DNA from: Laetmonice hystrix
Taxonomy: Eukaryota
Direction: 5' to 3'
Length of the DNA stretch: 64,000 nucleotides
Assembly (NCBI GenBank): GCA_965235115.1
Contig: OZ249446.1
Location: forward strand, 28,086,001 to 28,150,000
Each line of letters begins with the position of its first letter. The stretch's first letter is position 1. The notes beneath the pieces were generated by a model. It saw only the letters and a list, made by a program, of their open reading frames with translations, was not told the origin of the DNA and did not search any database. This document shows, piece after piece, positions 33,579 through 45,200 of this stretch. Both the position numbers and the translations under genes were made by a program.

Positions 33579-34387
33579 CGTCCCTGGCCTCGTTGCCAGG
33601 TTAGCTACTGGGCTCCCAAGTCCCTTAATATGTGACACTGGATGAAAAGAACACAAACACACATATTGGAGTTGAGAAAGAAATGGTTTTATTCAAATAC
33701 GGGTAGTGATAAACCTATCCTGCCTCTGGTCTAAAATAGGGTTAGTACTTCTCGTTGTATTCCTGTCGTAAAAATGAATATAATGAATATACAAGACTCA
33801 AGTCTTGTCTGAGATCCGAATATTCCCGGCGGAGAACTAACCTAAAAGATCTAACATCTTGTTTATAATGAATTGGATCTGAATGTTCACATTCAGCTTT
33901 TTGGCCTAAATAATCAGAAAAACCCTTACTCTGGCCTTAGGCTTATAGCCATATCTGACGAGCAGACCTTACACGTATTTCCTATACGTTTCAAGCTCTG
34001 ACGACAGCTTGGCATAAATTGCTGGTACAAGCATTCTTATACATGCCTATTGGCACGTCTACCGCACATACCTGGACTTAGAGGTAGCCATTTCAGTGGT
34101 TTCGGCTTGTAAGTTACTCAGGGCAGTATTCCGTCCCTTCTTAGCTGGAGGTTTAACGACACTCCCAGACTTATTGCAGAGACCGGGCTTTTATATCAGA
34201 GGGATATGCATATGCATGCCAGGGGAGCCAATGAGAATACGCTGGCTGACGGCACTGGGCCCTGGTCAGCTGGGGGTGGGATACTTAGTCATGGGTGGCT
34301 GCACACACAGGCGATGTGTGGCCGGGGTAGCGACGTGCTTAGTGCACATGCACTTGACACAGACTTTGGGCCAGCCCAATCGTCACA
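33574..34387 (-). repeat. Gypsy-B 5' LTR (814 bp)
   Basis: Direct repeat of 26005-26783; adjacent to the PBS. Confidence 0.96.
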
Positions 34388-34494
34388 ATATCGTTGAGAA
34401 AGTCATATGGACGAGGGGGGGGGCAGTTCTTGAATATGGCCCCACAGGAACATCTACGCGCCGTGGGGGTGGGCTATGGCTATCTTTGATCCAA

Positions 34495-35284
34495 CACTGC
34501 AAAAAGGACCGTCTGCCTGCGAGACGTTTTGAGAGACGCTGTTCTTGTCACACCTGGGGAGACGGTCTAAAGTGTTTAGTGTTTACAAAATGTACACCGT
34601 CTCATGAAATGTCCACCGTCTACAATAATGTCGGAAAAAGGAAGTGTATACAGAATGTCAATCGTCTCACAAAATGTATACTGAGAGGGATATTCACCTA
34701 GATTCTCCGTGGTAGAGAATATTAAAAAAATAAATAAAAAAAAAGTATGCCAGTGTGGGATTCGAACCCAATACCCTTGTCACTAAATTCCTACGCTCTA
34801 CCACTGAGCCAACCTTGCACGTGAGTAAGTTTTAGAGTGTTGCTGTAAATGAATGACCACAGTGGTAAAGAACTATGCATGACGTCATACCACGGTTACG
34901 TCACGGCAGGCTTATAAAGGATAATAATCAGTCGCAGAGTTGGCCCAGTTTCGACTGAACCAACTGAACCGTTTCATTTCATACGCGAGTCCGGTGACAG
35001 TTGACACAATTTCTTATTAACGTTAGACACTGAACAATTAGGAGACCATCCTGTACCATGAGACAGTTGACAATTGGAGGACACTTTAGTTTAGAACTTT
35101 GTCTCTGAATCGTTTTTTTGTGTTATTTAGTGCTATTTGGTGTACTCAAAACGTGTGTACTCATAAAATAGCGTCTCAAAAAAACGTTCAAAAAAGGTTA
35201 CCGTCTATATCTGGACATTCAGTAAACATTAACGTTTTTTCGGCGTCTAAATTTCGACGTTCTGTAGACATCTTTTTTGCAGTG
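34495..35284. mobile_element. 790-bp non-autonomous CMC/EnSpm-like element
   Basis: TIRs cactgcaaaaag / cttttttgcagtg; 2-bp TSD AA (34493-34494, 35285-35286). Removing it restores the satellite sequence tatctttgatccaaaataaatatagac. Confidence 0.88.
34747..34820 (-). pseudogene. tRNA-derived sequence (SINE-head-like) inside the CACTG element
   Basis: The - strand reads gtgcaaggTTGGCTCAGTGGTAGAGcgtagg...GGGTTCGAATCCcacactggca, with A and B boxes. The anticodon and acceptor stems do not pair. Confidence 0.7.
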
Positions 35285-36338
35285 AAAATAAATATAGACG
35301 AGGAGGACAATGGCTAAGTGGCATTCATTCGAATGTTCATGAGGAGGGCAGTGGATAAATATCGTCGTGAAAGTAATATGGACGAGGGGGCAGTCGTTAA
35401 AGAAGGCCCGACAGAAACATGGATGAGGGGCACGATGGCTAAATATTACTCTGTAGGAATATTACTGAGAGAAGCAGTGACTCAATGGGGGTTATAGGAA
35501 AAATGCACGAAGGGGTTGTGGCTCACTGCAAATATGAACCAGGAAGACAATGGAATGTTCATGAGGAGGGCAATGACTTAATATTTGGTAAAATGTAACA
35601 TGGAAGAGGGGGCAGTCGTTAAATATGGCCCCACAGAAACATCGACGCGGCGGGGGGGGGGGGGGGGGGGGGCTATGGCTATCTATGACCCAAAAGAAAT
35701 ATGGACCAGGAGGACAATGGCTAAGTAGCATTCATTTGAATGTTCATGAGGAGGGAAATCGATAAATATCGTTGAGAAAGTCATATGGACGAGGGGGGGG
35801 GGCAGTCGTTGAATATGGCCCACAGGAACATCTCCGCGCCGTTGGGGGTGGGCTATGTCTATCTTTGACCCAAAATAAATATAGACCAGGAGGACAATGG
35901 CTAAGTGGCATTCATTCGAATGTTCATGAGGAGGGCAGTTAATAAATATCGTTGTAAAAGCAATATGTACTAGGGGGCAGTCGTTAACTAAGGCCAGACA
36001 GAAACATGGATGAGGGGCAAGATGGCTAAATATTACTCTGTAGGAATGTTACTGAGAGGGGCAGTGACTCAATCGGGGTTATAGGAAATATGCATGAAGG
36101 GGTTATGGTCCACTTCAAATATGAACTAGGAGGACAATGGAATGTTCATGAGGAGGGCAATGACTTTGTAATATGTAACATGGAAGAGGGGGCAGTCGTT
36201 AAATACAGCCCCACAGAAACATCGACGCGGGGGGGGGGGGGGGGGGCTATGGCTGTCTATGACCCGGAAGAAATATGGAACAGGTACTCGCGGCGGGGGG
36301 GGGGGGGCTATCCATGACCCAAAATATTCAAAATATTC

Positions 36339-37050
36339 AAGATGGCCACCAAATCCAAGATGGCCGTCATCTAAACGGGAAATGGCCATGTTTCAGCTGC
36401 AAGTGGAACTATATTGATCAAGTTTGAGCTGATTTCCCGTTTAGATGACGGCCATCTTGGATTTGGTGGCCATCTTGAATTTTGGAAATGTCAGAAATGT
36501 ATTCAGCATCTAGATAAACTTCGGAAGCGACTCAAATTTTATCAAAATCAGGCCGCTGGCAGCTGAAATCCAGAAATCCAGCTATTTCAGTTAAATTGCT
36601 GCCATCTTGGATTTTTCGGCCATCTTGAATTTTGAAAATGTAAGAAATGGAATCAGCATGTCACAAATGGATTTAGCCTCTGTATAAACCTCGAAATCAG
36701 CTCAAACTTGATCAATATAGCTCCACTTCCCGTTTAGATGGCGGCCATCCTGGATTTGGTGGCCATCTTGAATTTTGGAAATGTCAGAAATGTATTCAGC
36801 ATTTAGATAAACTTCGGAATCGACTAAAATTTCATCAAAATCGGGCCGCTGGGAGCTGAAATCCAGAAATCCAGCTATTTCCAGTTAAATTGCCGCCATC
36901 TTGGATTTTTCGGCCATCTTGAATTTTGAAAATGTAAGAAATGGATTCAGCATCTGGATAAACCTCAGAATTGTCTCAAATTCTATCAAAATCTGTCCGC
37001 TGGGACCTGAAATATGGCCCGGTTCCAGTTAAATGGCGGCCATCTTTGAT
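36339..37050. repeat. Fold-back / tandem block rich in GCCATCTTG
   Basis: 36339-36385 is the inverse of about 36433-36478; about 36402-36436 is the inverse of about 36694-36727; a roughly 290-bp direct duplication covers 36440-37020. Confidence 0.8.
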
Positions 37051-39905
37051 TTTGGGCTGTTACTCACTTATGCAATATGATAGAAACCTACACCCGGGCT
37101 CATTTTGCCCCTGAAATATCATACTTTTAGAAAAAATAGGGTGTACAATGTTGCCAGGGGGTGCAACAAAACCAAAATTTTAGGACGCTGGCTCCCAGAC
37201 TATTATCACTGGCTACACACTGATCATCGTAACGCGCGTTACGCTGATCCAAGATGGAGGAAGGCAGGTCTCGCTTCAACTAAAACCAGGCGTATTTCAA
37301 GCAGTTCCGTGTCTCTGATTCATCTATAAGACGTCCTAGTTGTTTATTGCAATGGCGGCATCATGTTTGGTGAACCTCGGCGCCTGAGATTGCCTAGAAA
37401 TCTCAAAAAACGCTCCGAAAATTTTCGCTGTGATACCCGTAACGCGGACAAGGCATGTTGACAAATGATACCCGTAACGCGAATTATTGATACCCGTAAC
37501 GCGACTCATTGCTGGTTAGCCTGCCATTCACTCGTAAGCTGTACTGCCTTTATTCTTCATCTTTCAAGTAGGAAAACCATTCTCACCAATTTTCGTTTGA
37601 AGGAAATTTAATTGTTTGTGTTACTTGAAATCTTGTGCAGGTTGTGGCAGAGTTTTGACAGTTCAACTTCATGTAGAACGGAGTACGTTAGCGGTAGCCA
37701 CGCTCGCAAACGCGAATACTTCCAGCCTGTGGCGAGTTCCACTGCCAAAATAAACCACCAAATTCGCCACGCCTGCAAATTCCAGCTGTCTCCAGTTTAT
37801 AGCCCAGGTCCCCCCCCCCATGCACACCTGATCCACCACTGATTGTGGTTGGAGCACGTGTGTCGGTGTGACATGTGGGTGGTCAGAGACCAGGGTGACC
37901 GACCCACCCGACCCGGTCACTTCGCCAGGCCTAGCCTCTAACATAGGCCGTGTGTATACACGGCCTATCCTCTAGCGAACGGGCTACGAGACCAAACGTT
38001 CAACCCGCAAAATGAATGTGCGCCCGCACCTCTTCCATCACCTCAAATAAAAGATTGCCTTTACCTTCAGCTACTGAGCCCAATGAACTTACTTGGTGTT
38101 CCTCTAAGCAACAGATTCGGCCAATTTTCCAAACCAAGCGACCACTTTCCATAGTCTTACAACCGGCGCCATTTCTGTAAACCCACATCCGGGGTCAAGC
38201 TCACGAAGGGAGCAGTCATTTCAGACGTTGGCTATTAGTTTGGCGCCATAATGGAGGAATTGTTGTTTGGTCTAGAATAATGAGTGCTCCCCTGCTGGTC
38301 GCCAGTGTGTACGTTTTGAACATGCGCAGTAGAACAAACAGTATGGCGGCTAACGGCAGTGAACCAGCGCGATTCGGAATTTGGAAAGTCTGATTTATTA
38401 AAACTTTGGGCAAAAATCCTCGGAAAAGTGTGCAGCAGAGGAACAGAAGATGGGCTGCGTTAGAATTGACACCTCAACTGGCAGTAGTTACGATGGATTT
38501 TGCACAGCGAGTGATTGACATAGGAGGTAGGGTTTTTCGCGTTAACGCTGTCTGTCCCTACACTGGGACGATACTCCGTCTACGCCAGGCCATGCCAGCC
38601 GCCCGTAGGTATGCATCTGTTCCCCCTAGTCTACTACGGACTACCCCAGGTCAGGCCGGCCCTCAGTACTGGTCCGTCTCCCCTGGGTCCAGTCCATCTG
38701 GGGTGAGTTTATGACAGATGCCAGTCAGCCTGTAGGAGTAATATAGGCCTAAATGATATCCCGATTACCTGGCAGGCTGAGTGTGCCAGGAGAGGACAGG
38801 CGACACATAGCATGGCTGAGGTCACATGGCATGAAGGTGGGGAGGCAGCTCGGCCGCTCAGTACGGGGGTCGGGGGTGTGAGGGGTGGGGGCTGTCAGGG
38901 GTGGGGGGTCGCTGTGATGAGAGGGTATATAGCCTAGGTACCCGTCAATTTGGGCCAGGCCTCCTCTGAGACATCTTCATCGTATGTAGGTGTAGATCTA
39001 CTGTACTGGATCCCAATATTCTTGCTGTTTAAGAGGGCCATGCACTTGTGTAGAGTTATCCTCGAGATATAGGACAGCTTATTCCCCCCCAAAAAGTTCA
39101 CTACACACAGCTGGCAAATGAAAGTACATGTACTTTCATTTATACAGAGAAATTAAGACTGTATAATACATGTATAATGAACTCTGGTTACCTAAATAAA
39201 AAACATTAAAACAACTGTGGCTAAAACTTTTTCCTTGTGGCTAGTTCTTTTCCTCAGTTGTTAGCCACTGTGGCTAATACCCAAAATTCACTAGCGTACT
39301 CCCTACTCGGAGGAGTCAGGGTGCTCTACCCCGGGGTACTGGGGAAGGACAAAGCATCTCGATCTCTCATGGTGCCTGCCAGGCATGTCTTAGATTCGTG
39401 TCCCCGCCCTGGGGTCCACACACACTCTGTATGGTAACACCTATAGTATAGTATAGTATCACACACGCTGTTAATCCGGGCCCTATTATATACGTGTACC
39501 TCATGGTTTTACCTTCATACTGAAGTAGATAATGCTCATTACAAAGTTGAGATTCATTATCAGATCACGAGCCGATGTTGAAAGTCGTCTACTCGTCTAC
39601 GTAAAAACCTTTAGGCTCAGTGAAAAGTTTAGGTGCCGCGTTACGCCTATCCTGTCACCAAATTAAACTTGCGTTATGGGGATCAGCGCTGCGCGTTACG
39701 GGTATCATCGCTAAATCTTCTGCGTCCATTTTCTCTTAATCTACGCCCCTCTAGGACCCCAAACTGAGACAAACGGCAGGCACACATTGTTATCATGATA
39801 TTCAGATGTTGTTTTATGTTATTGATGCACCGTAGCCCTTGTAACTTGAACAAAAACACGCGAAGCGAGCATCGGGATCCTCCATCTTGGATCAGCGTAA
39901 CGCGC

Positions 39906-41024
39906 TGTAAAGTCTACCAACTTTTTGAATTTCCCACCCTCTCAGATATTTGAAGTTTTGCCACCTCTCACTAGAGGGCAGTGGGCGGTCATAGCCGTCC
40001 TTGCAGGAAGATGGCGCTACACGTTTATTGAGTATCTTTTAATAATTATAACCTAATTATAATTATGTAGGTAATACATTTATATAGGTAGTTCTGGCAC
40101 CGTGTGTTTTAATAGGTATGTTTATGAAAGTAATACATGTATAATTATGTTGGTGTAGGTACAAGTGGTCAGGGTGAAGCTGAAGTTAGATTTCTCAAAT
40201 ATACGAGTAGTATTTTGTAAAGCTTCACATTTATTGTTATTATATTTTACAAGAACAGTGCTGCATGTACAATTATGTTTGTGTAGGTACAAGTGGTCAG
40301 GGTGAAGCGTTCCTGGCAGAAAGTGATATATTTTAAACTATAGTAATAATATAGAAAGCCTGACATTGTTGTAAGGTACAACTAGAGTATGAACCTTGGT
40401 ACACTATCTATATGTTATCAGGAAGGGTCAGTCACTGGACAGTCCAGCTGGCCAGCTTCACGCGACAATAGGTTATCTGGAAGGAACGGTCAGAGTCCAC
40501 CTAAGGGTTTGAGACCATGTTCACATTTTACTCTTTATATTTACCATAGAGGGCGCTGTTGCTATTATAGTTAACCCTTGGATATTACCAGGTTTAAGCC
40601 ACTAGATGGCACTGTTGTTCACAATATGAACACACCTTAACTTCCAGTGATCATGAGTGATTTGTATCTCAGTATCAAGGTCCAGTATTGATAGGCAGGG
40701 ATACTGGACCCAAGTTGTATAAATAGGGAGAAGAAATAAAGCTTATTAGACTCGACTTCACCACCACCTCGGTCTCATCGTTCTCCTTTGACGCTACAGC
40801 ACCGTTAGGATGCGGTTGGGCTCTCCACCTTCAGGCTCATGGTGAAGCCAGGTAACTAGCCTACTTAGTATACTACATTCATTCGGCCCTTTAGGCACTA
40901 AGTAGGCACGAGTATGAAATGCTCATCTAAATTCCAAATTTATTAATTGTGTTTGTTAGTTGTCACGAAACACAACTAGCTGGTGACCACAAGTTAAACA
41001 AAGAATCGGGTCACAATCTTTACA
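39906..41024 (+). repeat. Gypsy-C 5' LTR (1119 bp)
   Basis: TGTAAAG...CTTTACA ends; TATAAATA at 40718-40725; AATAAA at 40735-40740; an internal direct repeat of about 43 bp at about 40138 and 40266. Confidence 0.97.
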
Positions 41025-41025
41025 T

Positions 41026-41043
41026 TGGTGACCACGATGGGAC
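41026..41043 (+). promoter_or_regulatory. Gypsy-C primer binding site, tRNA-Trp-like
   Basis: TGGTGACCACGATGGGAC begins 1 nt after the LTR. The first 8 nt match the tRNA-Trp complement TGGTGACC(CCGACGTGA); there are mismatches after that. Confidence 0.7.
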
Positions 41044-41156
41044 TCTATTGATGTAAGTGTGGACCGACAGGACGCAGCCCACTGAGTAGAAGGAAGTCAG
41101 CTACGTGGTTCCCCATTCAAAAGTAGTAGGACGAAGTACAAAGTAGAAGTACAAAG

Positions 41157-41214
41157 ATGGATGAACAACAACAGCAACAACTGCAACAGCAACAACTGCA
41201 ACAGCAGCAACTGC

Positions 41215-41251
<37 letters not shown>

Positions 41252-42266
41252 GGAAGAGGCGCCACTCACAGCGGCAGAGATGCAACGGCTACAACAGCAC
41301 CGCTTCAATCTAGAAGCCACTAGACAAGTTCGACATCGACTAGAACAGCACGCAAAGAGGATTGGAGTGGCAGATGGTGCGAACCGGGAAGGCCTAAGAG
41401 AATGGATCCGTGGAATTGACAACGCGAGTGCATGGGTAAATGCTAGCGACAGCATGCTCCTAGAAATGGTAGGCTACCTCGTCACGGGAAGCTTGGCAAC
41501 AATGGTAAGAAATTATATTGTTGAATCCTTGCCCGATGAACGCTCCTGGGAACATATAAAAACGGCAATCGTAAAAGCTTTCCTGGATGAAGATGAGAAA
41601 GAATACCTTCGCGCTAAGGTAGAGAAAATAGTGCAAAATCCGTATGAGGATTCCAGGGAATACGGTAGACGTTATAAGGAAGCAGTGACAAGGGCTTACG
41701 ATGCTGAAGAGTTGGCGCTACCGCTAGTAAAGGATCGGCTTATTAAACAGTACATCCAAGGATTACAAAATAGGACAGCACGCACCCAAGTGCACTTCCA
41801 ACGACCATCCACCTTAGATGGCGCCATAGATTCTGCCAACTCAGCCGCACGAGCAGTGGGTCTAGCAGAGGTAGCAGAACGCTATGAAGAACCGATGGAT
41901 ATAGGGACCTTCCCCAACATGAAGCCAGCAGCAAGAGAAAAGAAAGAAAATGAAGAGTACACCCAACTCTTGAAGACAGTACAGGGAGAAATGAAATCAA
42001 TTCGAAAACTACTGGAGAAGCGTGGTATCAGTGAAACGGGAAGAGCTTCACAAGAGACAGGATATTCTGAAGTGAGAAGAGCACCAAGACAGACAGGATA
42101 TTCTAAACCAGTGCGCACACCCGTTCAAAGAACCGAGGACAGGAGCAATAAGAAGTGTTATCACTGCCAGGAGCTGGGCCACTTCGCTCGTGATTGCCGG
42201 AAGAGACTGGAGACTGCCGTGCAAGCAGCAGTGGAGTCACAGATAAAACGTCTTGATTTAAACTAG
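41157..42266 (+). CDS. gag: Gypsy-C Gag (369 aa) with N-terminal polyQ
   Basis: LREWIRGID...YLVTGSL capsid-like region, EEPMDIG motif, CYHCQELGHFARDC knuckle. Confidence 0.95.
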
Positions 42267-45200
42267 GACGGGCACCGGATCGCCGCATATGTATTTTCAT
42301 TGTGCTAGCAGGAGTCAGAATGAACATCTTACTAGATACCGGTGCCAGTAAATCATTGATCAAGGCGGACAAATGGATTGCTATCTGTAGAAATAGTCAT
42401 CGAGTACCACTGACAACCCCGGGAGTGAAGCTGCGAGGATTAGGAGGTGCAGACATCCCCACGAGAGGGAAAACTGAAATACCTATCTACGGTAGGAACG
42501 TAGAATTTCAAGTCACTGATACATTGCAGCATGATGCACTATTTGGTACAGATATTTTGGAAGCTCTGGAAGCAGAAATAAGCTATAAGAAGCGTAAGGT
42601 GTTCTTTCAAGGAAAGGCCCACAGATACAAGACAGCAGGAGATGGAGACTCAGATGTAGCGGCAGTATATTCCGAAATGGATAAATGGATACAGGCGTAT
42701 CCCACCGTCTTTGCCACCGAAGGAACAGCTTTGGGATGCACTGATGCCGTGAAGATGTCCATAGACACAGGTGAGAACCCCCCAGTCAAACAACGACCTT
42801 ACCGGCTCCCATTGGCAAAACGCCGAGTAGTAGATGAGGAAATCAAAAAAATGTTAGAAGAGGATATAATCGAACCCAGCAGCTCCCCCTGGGCATCACC
42901 ACTGCTACTGGTACCGAAAAAGGATGGCACCATGCGATTCTGTGTCGACTATCGCAGGTTAAACTCGGTCACCAAAAAGGACGCCCACCCCCTCCCACTC
43001 ATTCAAGACATCTTCGATACCTTGGCAGGCAGTAAGATCTTCAGCACATTAGATTTAAAAAGTGGTTACTGGCAAATCAAGATGGCGGAGGACAGTGTAG
43101 AAAAAACAGCCTTTGCTTGCCATCGGGGATTATTTCAGTTTAAACGGATGCCCTTCGGATTAACCAATGCACCGTCAGTATTTCAACGTTTAATGAACAA
43201 AGTCCTCGCACCATACCTCGGCCAATTTGTGTTAGTTTTTATCGACGATGTCGTTATATTCAGCCGCACGGAGGAAGAACATGAGGAACATCTTAAATTA
43301 GTACTCGAGGCACTGAAATCATATAGACTAAAGGTAAAACCTTCCAAGTGCACCATTGGAGCCCAGGAGCTTCGCCTTTTAGGCTACATCATTACGGCAA
43401 ATGGAATCAGTGCTGACCCAGACAAGACAAATGCAATACGCAAAATGGCGCCACCACAAACTGTAAAAGGGGTTCGGTCATTCTTAGGAATGACCGGATA
43501 CTATCGACAATGCATACCTAATTATGCCAAGGTATCCCACCCTCTAGTCCAACTCACGAAAAAGAATGTGCGTTTTGAGTGGGCTAAGGAACACCAGGAT
43601 GCCTGGGTGCACCTACGCCAACTCCTCACGTCGGATCACGTAATGGCTTACCCACAGCTGAATAGACCATACAAACTCTATACCGACGCTTGTGAGTACG
43701 CCATTGGTGCTATATTGGTGCAAGAAGACGACATGGGCGTCGAACGTCCCATTCAATACATCTCCAAGCAACTCTCGGGAGCTCAACTCCGTTGGGCAAC
43801 AATAGAAAAAGAAGCCTATGCTGTTGTTTATGCTTTGAAGAAACTCCGCCCATATCTCTATTCCTCTGAGTTCACCATCTTCACGGACCATAAGCCATTA
43901 AAATCATTATTTCTCTCAGAAATCAATAACACCAAGATACAACGATGGGCTGTGTTGCTAGCAGAGTATGGAGCACCGATACAATACAGGAAGGGCCCAA
44001 ACAACATCCGGGCAGATATGTTGTCGAGGATAAAACCGCAAGTGGATCAGGATGGAGAACCGGAACAGGCGCTCGACCTTTGTGCGATTGCAGGTGAAGA
44101 GGTCCTGTGGGAGTTTGACCAATTGGAAAAGGAGGAAATCCGGAAGGAACAAGAAACTATGCCAGAGTACACCCAGGGTACAGAAGATGACAGCAACTAT
44201 GTTCTGCATGACGGACTGCTCTATACTCTAAAACCCCCACCAGGAAAAGCGGAATACCCTCGCCTTGTTCTACCCCCAAGTACACGATTCCGGGTAATAC
44301 GAAGAGCACATGCAGAAGTAGGACACCAAGGCATGAGGAAAACCTTGGACAGGCTCCAAGAAGCCTATTGGTGGTCAGGACAACGGAATGACACCTATCA
44401 CCTCCTATCACGTTGCGCAAAATGTAGTGTCAACAGAAACACTACAGAAAAGCCACCCCCTACGGAGATGCCGGTAGCTCAATATCCATGCCAAATAGTG
44501 GGAATGGACATGTGTGGTCCATTTCCTATTTCCCCAGAAGGGAATAGATACATGTTGACACTAATTGATCACGCGACTGGATGGGTAGAGGTGAAACCAC
44601 TACCACAAAAAACTGCTGCAAATATCTTGAAATATCTGGAAACTGAGTACATCCCTCGTTACGGGCCACCGGAAGTACTAATCACAGACCGTGGCCTTGA
44701 GTTTCGTAATGAACTAGTCGTTGGCTACCTTAAACGACTGGGAGTGGATGTACGGCACACAACACCCTACCACCCTCAGACGAATGGAAAGATAGAACGC
44801 TTTCATCGGACCCTTAAGGACTTACTGCGTAAACTTGTGAATGCGCGAAGTACGGAGTGGGAACAATGCCTAGGACCAGCACTATGGGCTCACAGGGTTA
44901 GCACATCCGTGGTAACTGGCTACTCACCGTACTTTCTCGCATACGGACGACAACCCCCAGTACCATACCAGAAACTGCTGAGACGAACAGAAGGGACGGA
45001 AACAGATATCCTAGCAGACCGACTAGACGAATTAAGTAAAGCTTTCAAGGAGGCTGCGAGGAGGACAGAAGAAAGCCGAAAATACAACAGAGAACGTCTA
45101 CAAAAACAGGCACGGGCCGATGTTTTATCAATTGGAGACCACGTGGTAGTTTTAGCACAGGAAGGGTCACCGTTGGACCCGAAGTGGGACCATGGATACG

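Larger units (their letters stand above)
26005..34387 (-). mobile_element. Gypsy-B: full-length but defective Ty3/gypsy element with an extra ORF3
   Basis: TG...CA LTRs at 26005-26783 and 33574-34387; TSD ATAT (26001-26004, 34388-34391); tRNA-His-type PBS; PPT ggaaagggaggtg; gag, pol and ORF3. Confidence 0.97.
24430..36320. repeat. Complex satellite with a roughly 580-bp higher-order unit, interrupted by Gypsy-B and a CACTG element; a further block lies at 48977-50010
   Basis: Recurrent gaatgttcatgaggagggca, ggggcagtcgttaaatatggccc and gaaggggttgtggctcactgcaaatatgaacc. The last motif occurs at about 25745, 35502 and 36088, about 580 nt apart once the insertions are subtracted. Confidence 0.85.

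Noticed and set aside
34747-34820. Functional tRNA gene
   Set aside because: A and B boxes are present, but the acceptor and anticodon stems cannot form.
41117-41455. Antisense poly-Cys/poly-Leu ORFs
   Set aside because: Reverse-strand reading of the Gag polyQ codons.
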